A stretch of 64,000 nt of DNA from Bacteroidota bacterium (GTDB lineage Bacteria > Bacteroidota > Bacteroidia > B-17B0 > Aurantibacillaceae), in NCBI GenBank assembly GCA_040758575.1, contig JBFLVH010000008.1:35624-99623 (forward strand), read 5' to 3'. A program made the position numbers and the translations under genes. Below, piece after piece: positions 27,993 to 38,393 of the stretch (its first letter is position 1; each line of letters starts with the position of its first letter). The notes beneath the pieces were generated by a model that had not been told where the DNA came from, made no database searches, and saw nothing but the letters and a program-made list of their open reading frames with translations.

Positions 27993-29312
27993 ATGAATTT
28001 CACATATAGAAAAATTTTAGAGATTGTTGTGCCATTGATTATTAGTGGCTTTGGGCAGAGTATTATTTATGTAACAGATATTTTATTTTTAGGACGATTG
28101 GGAGAAATAGCATTAGGCGCATCTGCTATTGCAGGATTATTTTATGCGTCTATAATGATGATTGGATTTGGCATCTCATCGGGATTACAGGTATTAATTG
28201 CACAAAAAGTTGGAGAAGATAAAAGTTCAGAAACCCATCGCTTGTTACTAAATGGAATTTTATTACAAGTATTGATAAGTATTGTAATTACATTGCTATA
28301 CTACTTATTTCGCTCTTTTCTAATATACTTATTTGTAAAAAATATTCAGGTAGGAGAAGCCACAGAACAATTTTTAAACATTCGTATTTTAGGGCTTTTA
28401 CCTTATTTTATATTTTATGCTTACAGGTCTTATTATCTGGGCATTGGAAGCACCAAAATTATTTCAGGAGTAACGATTGTGATGAGTATATTAAATTTAA
28501 TTTTAAATCCTGTTTTGATATATGGATGGGAATTTATTCAACCGATGAATTATTTAGGTTCTGCTGCAGCATCAGTAATTTCAGAATATATCAGCACTTT
28601 CATCATTATGCTATATTATGCATATTCAAAGAAATCAGCCAGATTCATTTCACACATTGAAAAGTTAGTATTAAAAAACATCATGCAAACTTCGCTTCCT
28701 TTAATTTTTCAGCACTTTATTTCAGTATTTTCATGGTTTTTATTTTTTGTTTTTATTGAAAAAATGGGCACCAAAGAATTAGCCACTTCTAATGTAATAA
28801 GAGCCGTGTATGTGCTGGTAATGGCACCTATTCTGGCATTTTCACATTCTACAATCACTATTGTAGGTCAATTATTTGGAGGAAAAGCATATTCAACAAT
28901 GAACAATACATTATGGAAAATAATATATTTATCTATGATTTTCACCTTGCCATTTTCTTGTTTGTCATTTTTTAAGCCCGAATGGTTAATGATGATTTTT
29001 ACTGATAATGGAGAGATTATTCATCAGGGCAGAAATTTAATGCGATTAGTAGCGTTTGCTTTGATGTATTTTGCATTCAGTATGCCATGGTTAAGTGCGG
29101 TTACTGGAATTGGTGAAACAAATAAAGCATTGGTAATAGAGTCGTTGTCATTTATTATTTACATATTAGCAAGTTATTTATTTGTATTTGTATTAAAATG
29201 GGATTTACTAAAAGTTTGGTTGAATGAGTTTGTTTATTTTACAAGTATATTTATGTTTTCAAAATGGTTTTATACTGAAAAGATGAAAAGTGTTTTAAAA
29301 GAAAATGATTAG
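27993..29312 (+). CDS. MATE-family efflux transporter
   Basis: 439 aa, about 12 TM helices, MatE-like N-terminus (ILEIVVPLIISGFGQSIIYVTDILFLGRLG). Confidence 0.85.
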   Translation: MNFTYRKILEIVVPLIISGFGQSIIYVTDILFLGRLGEIALGASAIAGLFYASIMMIGFGISSGLQVLIAQKVGEDKSSETHRLLLNGILLQVLISIVITLLYYLFRSFLIYLFVKNIQVGEATEQFLNIRILGLLPYFIFYAYRSYYLGIGSTKIISGVTIVMSILNLILNPVLIYGWEFIQPMNYLGSAAASVISEYISTFIIMLYYAYSKKSARFISHIEKLVLKNIMQTSLPLIFQHFISVFSWFLFFVFIEKMGTKELATSNVIRAVYVLVMAPILAFSHSTITIVGQLFGGKAYSTMNNTLWKIIYLSMIFTLPFSCLSFFKPEWLMMIFTDNGEIIHQGRNLMRLVAFALMYFAFSMPWLSAVTGIGETNKALVIESLSFIIYILASYLFVFVLKWDLLKVWLNEFVYFTSIFMFSKWFYTEKMKSVLKEND

Positions 29313-29343
29313 ATGGGTGACATTAAAGTATCCAAAATGTTAT

Positions 29344-30879
29344 CTAATATAATTTCAAAGTATAAGTTTGATTAGATTTGATTTCAACTTCTTTTTGAAT
29401 AGTGTAAATACTTGAACGCATAGATTTAGCACGCCATACTACTACATATTTTCCTGGCAATAAATAAAAAGTTTGTTGAGTTTCTTTAGACAAATTACTA
29501 ATCCATTTTAATTTTCCATTGTTTCCTTGCAGAAATAAACTTCCATCACCCGCTTCTAATGATTGTATTTTTAACTCACCAGCAGAGGGCACAGAAATAC
29601 TTTGTGTTTTTACAGGTTGTATTTCAACATATTGATGAATAAGGGGCAGAGTAAGTATGTCAATAATATAGTCATTGACGAGATATTTTTCTGAAGTATT
29701 TAAGTTTTGAACATTCAAAATTTGATGTGTTTTCTTATCTCGTATTACTACTCTTGTTTTTTCATTGAAATTAAAAATGCCTTTTTCTCTTTGAACTAAC
29801 AATGCCCCTTGTGGCGTATTGAGTGGAATAATATTGTGAGTTCCTTCATTAAGTGTAAATTCGCTACTTTCAACAGGTGGAATGGTGTGTGCAACTACCT
29901 TATAAGTAATATGAGATGGTAAAATCAAAGTGTCTGGATTGTTCAACTCATTTAATGAATGGATGTAATTGTATAAATAAGTTTTTTTTCGGGCATCATA
30001 AAAGGTAATGTTCACATTGGTTTCAGTGGGGCGACCCGCAATATCTAACAGGTTTATCTGCAATGTAGTTTTATTGAGTTTTTGTTGAGTGATAACTTCT
30101 GAAATATTTTTGTAGAGAGATTTATCATTAGCATCTAAATAATTTCCCACACAATTAAAAGATTGTGCTTGTTGTGAGCTCAAACCAATGCCAATGATAA
30201 AGGGTTTAAATTTTATACCTTGCTCTTCAAGAAATTTTCGGGCTTTGCAGGGGTCACCTTTACACTCTTCAATTCCATCTGTAATGAGTATTATATTATT
30301 TAATGTTTTATTATCTGGAAAATCAGAAGCAGATTGAATGAGAGAATGTTCTATTGGTGTAATACCTGTTGGTTTTAATGTGCTAATGTATTCTTTAATG
30401 GTTTTGACATTATTGGGCTTAAATGGTATTACTAATTTTGAATCATTACAATCACCTGGTGGATATTTGACTTGTGAGCCATAAACTCGTAATGCTAATT
30501 GAACATTTGGGATTTTAGACAAAGAGTCAATGAGTTGAAAGCAAAGATTTTTAGCAACATTCATCTTTTCTTTGCCTTCCCATTTTCCTGACATGCTATT
30601 GCTGGCATCAAAGATAATCAGCACCCTTGTAATAGGTGCAGAATGCAATGCTTTTTTTTTCTTTTCTTCACAAGGCAAGCAGACATTATTGTTTTGAGAG
30701 AATAAAATCTTATGATAAATCAAGAAAAAGATTAACAATGACCATTTCAAAGATAAAAATATTTCTTTAATTACTTGTTTCTTAAAGAATAAAGAGAAAA
30801 TAAAAAGTAGGGAATTTTGAAGTATTGGTGATTTTTGTCTACAAATAAATATCAAACATAAAAAGCTAAAAAAACTCAT
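29344..30879 (-). CDS. von Willebrand factor A domain protein, membrane anchored
   Basis: MIDAS-type DASNSMSG in VLIIFDASNSMSG. ILITDGIE. Start codon uncertain. Confidence 0.7.
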   Translation of the reverse strand: MSFFSFLCLIFICRQKSPILQNSLLFIFSLFFKKQVIKEIFLSLKWSLLIFFLIYHKILFSQNNNVCLPCEEKKKKALHSAPITRVLIIFDASNSMSGKWEGKEKMNVAKNLCFQLIDSLSKIPNVQLALRVYGSQVKYPPGDCNDSKLVIPFKPNNVKTIKEYISTLKPTGITPIEHSLIQSASDFPDNKTLNNIILITDGIEECKGDPCKARKFLEEQGIKFKPFIIGIGLSSQQAQSFNCVGNYLDANDKSLYKNISEVITQQKLNKTTLQINLLDIAGRPTETNVNITFYDARKKTYLYNYIHSLNELNNPDTLILPSHITYKVVAHTIPPVESSEFTLNEGTHNIIPLNTPQGALLVQREKGIFNFNEKTRVVIRDKKTHQILNVQNLNTSEKYLVNDYIIDILTLPLIHQYVEIQPVKTQSISVPSAGELKIQSLEAGDGSLFLQGNNGKLKWISNLSKETQQTFYLLPGKYVVVWRAKSMRSSIYTIQKEVEIKSNQTYTLKLY

Positions 30880-30885
30880 TGAGCA

Positions 30886-31416
30886 TTATTCTTCTTCTTT
30901 TTTAGAAACAGGGTGAATATTTTTGCAGGACTCAATCATTTTTTCAATAGCAGTTTTTGAGAAGGGTGCTCCATCAGAGTTTCTGTTGTCTTCAAATGTG
31001 TATGCGTTATTGCCAATTTTTTGAATTGATAAAAAATGATGTTCAGAAGGCATGTCGCCAATAGCCCATTCCCAAGCGATAGTGGTTGGTTCATCTATAA
31101 AAAATTGTTTGATTTTGTATACATCATCATTTCCCAAATCTGCTTTTTTGAAGGCAACATCTTCTTCTCCGTCTTTAATGAGAATATCAAAGTTTTTTCC
31201 TACTTTGACTTCTACTACTCCGCCTGGCTGTTCAATAATTTCTAATACGCCTTGTGTGCTATCAGGAACAAACATCATAAAGGGCTTACCATATTGCACT
31301 AATTCAACTTTTCTCATTCCTTCAGGCACTTTAATCTCTTCTTCTTTTTTTCCACCACAAGAAATCAGTATTATGCTTGTAATTCCTGCTAATAAAATAG
31401 AAGTTATTTTTTTCAT
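30886..31416 (-). CDS. Hypothetical lipoprotein
   Basis: MKKITSILLAGITSIILISCGG lipobox. No family recognised. Confidence 0.5.
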   Translation of the reverse strand: MKKITSILLAGITSIILISCGGKKEEEIKVPEGMRKVELVQYGKPFMMFVPDSTQGVLEIIEQPGGVVEVKVGKNFDILIKDGEEDVAFKKADLGNDDVYKIKQFFIDEPTTIAWEWAIGDMPSEHHFLSIQKIGNNAYTFEDNRNSDGAPFSKTAIEKMIESCKNIHPVSKKEEE

Positions 31417-31452
31417 ATTTTATTTTTTTGCAAATGTGCGAAAAATAATTGT

Positions 31453-32610
31453 TTAGAAAAAATTTTGCTTGTTATTAATTTTTTGTTTGAGTAAAACACT
31501 TGGCCTGTATCTATCTTCCTGATACCAATCGTAGAGTTTCATCAATTCATTGTATATGGTTGAAATTCCTAATTCATCTGCCCAATGTAAAAGCCCTTTG
31601 GGATAATTAACGCCTTTGGTCATAGCAGTTTCAATATCTTCTCTGGAAGCAATATTGTAATAAAGAGCATCGGCAGCTTCATTGATAAGCATTGATAGAA
31701 TTCTCATAAAAATTTGATGATGGAGATTTTCATCTTTAATATTAGGTTCAGTGGGTAGTGGCTGAGAATAATTATAAAAGCCCCTGCCTGTTTTTCTTCC
31801 TAACAATCCTGCTTCCAATAATCTTTTTTGTGTGATAGATGGTTTGTATTTTGGGTCATAATACATTTGTGTCCAAACAGTTTCAGTTACAACATAATTT
31901 ACATCGTGCCCAATTAAATCCATTAGTTCAAAAGGTCCCATTCTAAATCCGCCAATATTTTTCATAGTCCAATCAATAGTTACAAAATCGGTAATACCTT
32001 CGTCGTAAATTCTTAATGCTTCGCTATAGAAAGGACGTGCAATGCGATTAACTATAAATCCAGGAGTGTCTTTTGCAACTACTGTTGTTTTTCCCCAATC
32101 TGCAAGAGTTTTTAATACTAATTGAGTAATGTTGTTATCAGTTAAAATGGTGGGTATTACTTCTACCAATGGCATTAAAGGTGCGGGATTGAAAAAGTGA
32201 ATTCCTAAAAATCTGTTGGGATATTGTAACTCTTTTATCATTGAATGAACAGAAAGAGAAGATGTGTTGGTGGCTAATATGCATTGAGATGAAACATATT
32301 TTTCTATTTCTTTAAATAAATTCTTTTTTGCATCTAAATTTTCAATAATGGCTTCAATGACCAATTCAGCATCTTTGATAATATCAAAGGATGAGATAAG
32401 GTGTAGATTTTGAAGAAAAATATCTTTTTGAGAGGAAGTAATTTTTTGCTTTTCAACTAATTTAGATAGAGATTGTTCAATATTGCTTTTGGCTTTTTGT
32501 AAAACAGTTTCAGAAACATCATACAAATATACTTTGCATTGATTTGTAAGGGCAACCTGTGCAATACCAGAGCCCATAGTGCCTGCACCTATAACTGCTA
32601 TTGTTTTCAT
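31453..32610 (-). CDS. 3-hydroxyacyl-CoA / 3-hydroxybutyryl-CoA dehydrogenase
   Basis: IAVIGAGTMGSGIAQV Rossmann motif, NTSSLS, HFFNPAP, PGFIVNR. 385 aa with an extra C-terminal 3HCDH_C-like segment. Confidence 0.85.
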   Translation of the reverse strand: MKTIAVIGAGTMGSGIAQVALTNQCKVYLYDVSETVLQKAKSNIEQSLSKLVEKQKITSSQKDIFLQNLHLISSFDIIKDAELVIEAIIENLDAKKNLFKEIEKYVSSQCILATNTSSLSVHSMIKELQYPNRFLGIHFFNPAPLMPLVEVIPTILTDNNITQLVLKTLADWGKTTVVAKDTPGFIVNRIARPFYSEALRIYDEGITDFVTIDWTMKNIGGFRMGPFELMDLIGHDVNYVVTETVWTQMYYDPKYKPSITQKRLLEAGLLGRKTGRGFYNYSQPLPTEPNIKDENLHHQIFMRILSMLINEAADALYYNIASREDIETAMTKGVNYPKGLLHWADELGISTIYNELMKLYDWYQEDRYRPSVLLKQKINNKQNFF

Positions 32611-32624
32611 AATATATTTTGATG

Positions 32625-32632
32625 CAAATATA
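32625..32632 (-). promoter_or_regulatory. Bacteroidetes -7 promoter box TATATTTG
   Basis: Exact TAnnTTTG on the minus strand, 14 nt upstream of ATG 32610. Confidence 0.45.
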
Positions 32633-32659
32633 AGGGATTTGACAGGAAATATTTTTTAA

Positions 32660-33406
32660 CTATTCTTTATTATATAGCATAGGGACAAATTGAAAGTCAC
32701 CTAATTTTTCTTTTACAAAAGTATTATCTTTTTGTCTTGTAAATAGAAGCATTTCGTGAGTTTGTTGATTTTCTACGGGAATAATCATTTTACCACCTTC
32801 TTTAAGTTGGAATAATAATTTTTCAGGAACAAATGGCGCGGCAGCAGTTACAATAATTTTATCAAAAGGAGCAAATTCAGGCCAGCCAGCATAACCATCG
32901 CCATAATTGAGATGATAATTAGAATATTCTAAAAAATCTAATAATTGCTTACTACGAATATGAAGTTCTTCAATTCTTTCAATGCTATAAACTTCTGCCC
33001 CTAATTCTAATAAAACGGCAGTTTGATAACCAGAGCCCGTGCCTATTTCAAGCACTTTATCTCCTGGTTGAATTTGTAGTGCTTGTGTTTGAAATGCAAC
33101 AGTGTATGGATGCGAGATAGTTTGACCAAAACCTATTGGTAGTGCCTTGTCATCGTAAATATAATCTAATAAGACAGAAATACCTTGTGATACATATTTA
33201 TTTTTTTGTTCATCATATTGCAGATTATGCAAATCAAAAAATAAATGCCTTGGAATTTTTCCAATAGCATTCAAAACATTTTTGTCTTTAATCCCCTTTT
33301 TTTCTAATCGTTTAACGAGTTGTTTCCTTTTGCCTTCTAAAATCAAGAGTTCTTTTTCAGATAGGTCAATTTTTTGCAGAAAAATATTTTTTCTTTTAGA
33401 CATCAT
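32660..33406 (-). CDS. pcm: Protein-L-isoaspartate O-methyltransferase
   Basis: VLEIGTGSGYQTAVL SAM-binding motif, PRHLF, ISHPYTVA. 248 aa. Confidence 0.85.
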   Translation of the reverse strand: MMSKRKNIFLQKIDLSEKELLILEGKRKQLVKRLEKKGIKDKNVLNAIGKIPRHLFFDLHNLQYDEQKNKYVSQGISVLLDYIYDDKALPIGFGQTISHPYTVAFQTQALQIQPGDKVLEIGTGSGYQTAVLLELGAEVYSIERIEELHIRSKQLLDFLEYSNYHLNYGDGYAGWPEFAPFDKIIVTAAAPFVPEKLLFQLKEGGKMIIPVENQQTHEMLLFTRQKDNTFVKEKLGDFQFVPMLYNKE

Positions 33407-33409
33407 AAA

Positions 33410-35929
33410 TTATTCAATGATTTTATTTTGAATTAGTTGGTCAATGTAATATCTTTTATTATTGTAGAGTGCGATTACAAATGCATCTTTCACACCTGCT
33501 TTGATAATTTTTTTATTATACTCTAATGCTTCATTTAAAGTGCTAAATTTACCTGTGTGTAAAATATATTTTCCATTTTCTAAACGATAAGTTTGAATGG
33601 AAGATATTTTTTTAATATTATTATATCCTGTATAGGTAGATGTGTTAGAAACTCCTATTTGTACAGAAAAAAAGAGATTTTCTTTAGAGACACTTCCGTA
33701 TTTTTCAGAGTAATTAAATATTTTTTGTTGAAATGAATTTAATACAACGCCTGAAAAATCAATTGATTTAGAAGGAGTAGTAATTGAAGAAGAAGTTTGT
33801 TCTTTATGGGCTTGTAAATTTGAATTTTCTTTATGTTCAGCGGTTGTAGTGTTTATGGATTGATGTTCTTTTTGAATTTCTTTTGCTAATTGTTCATCTT
33901 TTTTCACATAAATACCCATTTTCACAAGGTCAGACAGATATACTCTTTTGCCTTTATATATGGCTAATACAAAGGCATCTTTTTGTCCTGCTTTAATAAC
34001 TTTAAGATTGTGTTGAAACGCTTCGTTTAATGTTTTAAAATCGCCACCAATAGTAAATCTTGTTAGTCCATCTTCTAACTGAATAGTTTCTACTTTTCCT
34101 AATCCTTTTAAGTGGTTGTAAGAATAATTTTTAGGATACTTGTATGCAGCAATTTGCACTTTAAATACAAGTCCTTCTACACTGATGTTTCCATAGTTTT
34201 TAGTGTATTCATAAGTTTCTTTTTGAACAGGATTAAGAGATGGTGTTGGCGAGGTAGGATTAGTTGTGCTTGTAATTGTATTGGTAATAACAGGTTCAGG
34301 GGTTTTAACAACAGGAGAGGACATTGTTTCAAATTGAAACAAGTGCATTTTTTCTTTGTAGGAATTTAAATCTTTTGTGCTTACAACAAATGATTCAGAA
34401 AAATTACTATCTAATTTACATTCAATTTTAAAGTCATAACCTGCGGGAAGATTGATGAGGTATTTGCCTTTTTCTTTTGTTTTAGTTTGATAATATATTT
34501 CTTCTTTCCCATCTCTGACAATATATGTAGTAATATTAACATTACTAATAGATTTTTTATCTTTGAAAACAGTACCATAAACTAACATATTGACGGGCTT
34601 GGAATCAAAATTGGTTTCAATGATGTAAATATCTTTCAATCCAATGCCATTAGGTCTTGCACTTGAATAGTAGGCATGTTCACCACTTGCAGATGTAACA
34701 AAATAAATATCATCAGCGGGTGTATTGATGGGGTAACCTACATTTTCAACTTGTTTGAATGTAGAATCTTTTAAATCCATTTTGGATACAAAAATATCGT
34801 AATCGCCCATGCTATTATGCCCTTTGGAACTAAAGTAAAGAGTAACGCCATCAGGATGAATAAAGGGCGCGTCTTCATCTAAAGGCGTGTTGATAGCACT
34901 TCCGAGGTTAGTAATATTTCCCCACGAGCTATCGGGTAACAAAGTGGCTTTGTAAATGTCTTTTCCGCCGTATCCACCAGGTCTTTCGCTTGAAAAATAG
35001 AGAGTTCTTCCATCGGCGGTAATAGAACAACTGCCTTCCCAGGAATATGAATTGACAAGTCCTTTTAGTTTTTGCGGAGGCGTAAATTCTTTGTTTCCAA
35101 AATAATAAGAAACATAAATATCGCCATGAGTGATACCATCATCTTTGTAGACAAACAACATCATTCCATCGGGAGAAAAAGCGATAGCAGCGTCGTGAGA
35201 GTTGGTGTTAAGAGTATCTATTGGTTGTGGTTCAGACCATTTATTAAGAATTTTTTCCGATATAAAAATATCTTCAAAGAAAATACCTTTTGGGTCGGGA
35301 AGCAAAGAGGCGTTTTGTCTTCCGCCTTTACTTTTTTCACCACGATAAGTAAAAATCATAGTGGCTTCATCGGTAGTAATTACAGGCACATACTCATCCC
35401 ATTCTGTGTTGATAGGAGCACCTAAATTGCTCACTTTTGCACGAGTAGGAGATGAGTATAAAACTTTTGCGTTTTGAATATAATTTTTAAGAAGTTCAGC
35501 ATTGGCTTTATCTTCGGGAGATAGTTTTTTTTGAGATAAAAATTGATTGACAAATTCTTCTGCTTTGTCAAATTGATAATTGTAATGGTAAGCACGAGCG
35601 AGGTCGTATTGAATCTTATCTATTTTGGGGTTGGCGGCATAACTCTCTTCTAATAAACGAAGAGCCAGGTCATATTTATCACTTCTTGTTAATGATAATT
35701 TACCCACAAAATATTTTAGATACACTTCATTAGGATGGTGATTATAGATGCTTTCCAGTATAGGATATGCTAATGCTGTATTCCCTTCATCATATAGCAA
35801 TAATGCTTCATTGAGAGAATCTACTTCTGTTTTTCTCCATTTTTTGGTTTTCATTGTTTGGGCTACAATGCCTGAAAACAAGAGTAATAATGCTATATTT
35901 AAAATGGCTTTTTTATGAAAAAAACTCAT
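33410..35929 (-). CDS. Secreted TPR - PD40 (TolB-like beta-propeller) - tandem SPOR-like domain protein
   Basis: 839 aa with a signal peptide. N-terminal TPR-like helices. Repeated PD40-like units (SPDGMMLFV, TADGRTLYFSS, HPDGVTLYFSS). Two related C-terminal modules (FKVQIAAYKYP...AFVLAIYKGKRVY and FSVQIGVSNTS...AFVIALYNNKRYY). Confidence 0.6.
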   Translation of the reverse strand: MSFFHKKAILNIALLLLFSGIVAQTMKTKKWRKTEVDSLNEALLLYDEGNTALAYPILESIYNHHPNEVYLKYFVGKLSLTRSDKYDLALRLLEESYAANPKIDKIQYDLARAYHYNYQFDKAEEFVNQFLSQKKLSPEDKANAELLKNYIQNAKVLYSSPTRAKVSNLGAPINTEWDEYVPVITTDEATMIFTYRGEKSKGGRQNASLLPDPKGIFFEDIFISEKILNKWSEPQPIDTLNTNSHDAAIAFSPDGMMLFVYKDDGITHGDIYVSYYFGNKEFTPPQKLKGLVNSYSWEGSCSITADGRTLYFSSERPGGYGGKDIYKATLLPDSSWGNITNLGSAINTPLDEDAPFIHPDGVTLYFSSKGHNSMGDYDIFVSKMDLKDSTFKQVENVGYPINTPADDIYFVTSASGEHAYYSSARPNGIGLKDIYIIETNFDSKPVNMLVYGTVFKDKKSISNVNITTYIVRDGKEEIYYQTKTKEKGKYLINLPAGYDFKIECKLDSNFSESFVVSTKDLNSYKEKMHLFQFETMSSPVVKTPEPVITNTITSTTNPTSPTPSLNPVQKETYEYTKNYGNISVEGLVFKVQIAAYKYPKNYSYNHLKGLGKVETIQLEDGLTRFTIGGDFKTLNEAFQHNLKVIKAGQKDAFVLAIYKGKRVYLSDLVKMGIYVKKDEQLAKEIQKEHQSINTTTAEHKENSNLQAHKEQTSSSITTPSKSIDFSGVVLNSFQQKIFNYSEKYGSVSKENLFFSVQIGVSNTSTYTGYNNIKKISSIQTYRLENGKYILHTGKFSTLNEALEYNKKIIKAGVKDAFVIALYNNKRYYIDQLIQNKIIE

Positions 35930-35943
35930 TGTATAATTATTTA

Positions 35944-36234
35944 TTAACCGATAATTTTTGGCACTCTGAAATAATCTGAATCTTTTTTAGGAGCATTCGC
36001 AAGAGCATTTTCTTTTTTCAAAGTTTCTTTTACAACATCATCTCGCAGAATGTTTTGATTTGGAGTAAGATAAATAAGTGGTTCAACATTATCGGTGTTG
36101 AGTTCATTGAGTTGGTCAATGTAATCTAAAATGCGATTTAAGTCATTGAGTATTTTTTGTTTTTCTTCTGCGGTGAACTCTAAACGAGAGAGATGTGCAA
36201 GTTGGTCAATTAATTCTTCATTGATTTTTTTCAT
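35944..36234 (-). CDS. gatC: Asp/Glu-tRNA amidotransferase subunit C
   Basis: 96 aa. LAHLSRLEFTAEEKQKILNDLNRILDYIDQLNELNTDNVEP. Confidence 0.85.
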   Translation of the reverse strand: MKKINEELIDQLAHLSRLEFTAEEKQKILNDLNRILDYIDQLNELNTDNVEPLIYLTPNQNILRDDVVKETLKKENALANAPKKDSDYFRVPKIIG

Positions 36235-36973
36235 AGTAATGATTTAATTGTTCTTGAATAAATTGTTTTATTTTTAACTGCAAATCTAATAAATTTTTTT
36301 CAGTATATTCAGAAGTATCTATTGGCTTTCCGATGGCAATATGGGCAATACCAGGAAATCCATTGCTTTTGAAGAAGCCGCCATTTTCAAGTAAATGCCA
36401 GTTGTTCAAATTGGCTACTGGAATAATCGGCACTTTTTTTTGAATGGCTAATTTGAATGCTCCGTTTTTGAAGGGTTTTAATTTACCTTGTGGAGAAATA
36501 GTGCCTTCGGGAAATATAACCACACAAAAACCTTTGTCTATCCATTCTGCGGCTTTTTCAAAGGCACGAGCGGCATCCAAAGGATTCTGACGACGAACGG
36601 GAATGTCAAAATATTTGAAAAAGATATTGAATACAGGTATTTTTAATAACTCCGCTTTGCCAATAAATACTGCGGGTTGATGAATATAAAATACACTAAA
36701 TAAAATATCCAGATAAGAAGTGTGATTGGGTGTAATGATACAAGGAGATGGGAATTTGAACTTGCCTAGTGGATAAGTGATATTAGGTGCAAGTCCAGAT
36801 AATAAGCAAATGATAAAAGCCCAGATTTGCTTTAAGCGATAAACTAATTTAAATTGTTTGGTAACGAGTAATGTGTAAAAAATTGGAAATAACGCAAGAA
36901 GAGAAATTGAGAATACAAGGGCGAACCAAGATTTCCACAAGGTAATTATAAGCGTTCTGAAAATTTTTTTCAT
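36218..36973 (-). CDS. plsC: 1-acyl-sn-glycerol-3-phosphate acyltransferase
   Basis: HX4D motif NHTSYLDI and the FPEGT motif. 251 aa. Confidence 0.8.
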   Translation of the reverse strand: MKKIFRTLIITLWKSWFALVFSISLLALFPIFYTLLVTKQFKLVYRLKQIWAFIICLLSGLAPNITYPLGKFKFPSPCIITPNHTSYLDILFSVFYIHQPAVFIGKAELLKIPVFNIFFKYFDIPVRRQNPLDAARAFEKAAEWIDKGFCVVIFPEGTISPQGKLKPFKNGAFKLAIQKKVPIIPVANLNNWHLLENGGFFKSNGFPGIAHIAIGKPIDTSEYTEKNLLDLQLKIKQFIQEQLNHYYEKNQ

Positions 36974-37028
36974 AAGGGGATAAATATAGCAAAAGAAATG
37001 TGGTGAGAGCGGATTGAAAAAATTGAGG

Positions 37029-38393
37029 TTACATGCTTTCCAGCGAATACTTTCTAATGATATTGAGTAATGATTGGTAATAATAATATTTTTGGGCTAT
37101 TTCAATAACTTTTGCTTGTGATTGTAAATAATATAATTCACGGGTGTTGATAGTGAAAAGGTTGCTTTCTCCCACTTTAAAGTTTTGAATTTCTGCCTGC
37201 AACATTTGATAATATCTATTATTCAACTGAATAGCAAAATTTAATTGATTAAAGTATTGTAAATAATTGTTGAAATAAATTTTAAGTTTGTTTTGTATTT
37301 GTTGAGATTTGAATTGAAATTCATTTTTAGTTTGTTGAATTTTTAGATTTATCAATTTGAGTTCTGCTCTTTCTTTTCTTAATAACAATGGAAATGATAT
37401 GTCTATACCCCATTTATAATTATTGGTATTTAGGGGATAATTGTAGTTGTCAGAAAATGGTTGTAGTAAAAAGTTGTATTTGATATTTAATTGTGGTTTT
37501 AAAAATTCAATTTTTAATTTTTTTTCTAATTGAAGTTGTTTTAGTTTGATTTGATAAGTTTTGAGTTCAGGATAATTAGGGATAATACTTGTAGTATCTA
37601 GATTTTGAAAAGTAATATTATTGGTAATAACGGGTGCTATAAAATTAGTATCAATGCTGTTATTTAAGTGCGTGAGTAATTGAAACTTTGAATTTTGATA
37701 ATCTAATAATGCTTTTTGATAAGACAATAAAAAATTTTGATATTGATTTCCTGCATCCAATGTATCAATGGGAGCGTTTTCTCCAGTTTTTACAGCGTTT
37801 TTTACATTCGTATATCTTTCATAAGATGTTTTGACTAAATTTTTGTACATTAACATTAAATTAAATTTTTCAAAGAAATTCCAATAATCTTGAATTATCC
37901 ATTCTAATGTGTTGATAATTTGAGCGTTCAAAAAAACTTTATTATTTCTACTTAATAATCGGGCAGTTTGTAAATTCAATCTTCTTTCATCGTAAAATAA
38001 ATTTCTTAAAACAGGAACACTTGCTCCTAATGAGAACAAGCCAGAAGGGGGGATGTAAGAATCATTATTGATATACATTCCTGATGCATAATTATAGTTT
38101 AAATTCAAATCAATTCCAGGATAAGTAGGTTGTTTAATTTCAAAGTTGTAATAAAGGAAGTAATTTTTATTATCAAAAAATTTATTTTGTAAGTCATAAG
38201 ATAATTTGGGGTCAAATTGTCCTTTTGCTTTTAAGAGATATGCTTTAAAGGTTTGAGTAGTTGTAATTTGTGCGTTTTGAATTAGTGGATGATTTTGTAA
38301 AATATAATCCAAAAACTTTTGAAAAGTGAGAGTATCTTGTGAGAAGAGAGAAGAAGCAAAAATTAAAAGAAATATTTTTAGTGATATTTTCAT
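37029..38393 (-). CDS. TolC-family outer-membrane efflux protein
   Basis: 454 aa, signal peptide, two-fold repeat of coiled/helical OEP segments. 4-nt overlap with the HlyD gene. Confidence 0.75.
   Translation of the reverse strand: MKISLKIFLLIFASSLFSQDTLTFQKFLDYILQNHPLIQNAQITTTQTFKAYLLKAKGQFDPKLSYDLQNKFFDNKNYFLYYNFEIKQPTYPGIDLNLNYNYASGMYINNDSYIPPSGLFSLGASVPVLRNLFYDERRLNLQTARLLSRNNKVFLNAQIINTLEWIIQDYWNFFEKFNLMLMYKNLVKTSYERYTNVKNAVKTGENAPIDTLDAGNQYQNFLLSYQKALLDYQNSKFQLLTHLNNSIDTNFIAPVITNNITFQNLDTTSIIPNYPELKTYQIKLKQLQLEKKLKIEFLKPQLNIKYNFLLQPFSDNYNYPLNTNNYKWGIDISFPLLLRKERAELKLINLKIQQTKNEFQFKSQQIQNKLKIYFNNYLQYFNQLNFAIQLNNRYYQMLQAEIQNFKVGESNLFTINTRELYYLQSQAKVIEIAQKYYYYQSLLNIIRKYSLESM

Noticed and set aside
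31052-31456. Antisense or shadow ORFs in the track inside longer genes (for example 321-566, 1097-1402, 3106-3381, 9004-9300, 10413-10724, 26209-26514, 31052-31456, 35072-35425, 46963-47247, 51985-52302, 54705-55040, 57958-58284, 62292-62567)
   Set aside because: Each is fully contained within a longer ORF on the other strand or frame that has clear family motifs. Their translations are low-complexity with no recognisable domains.
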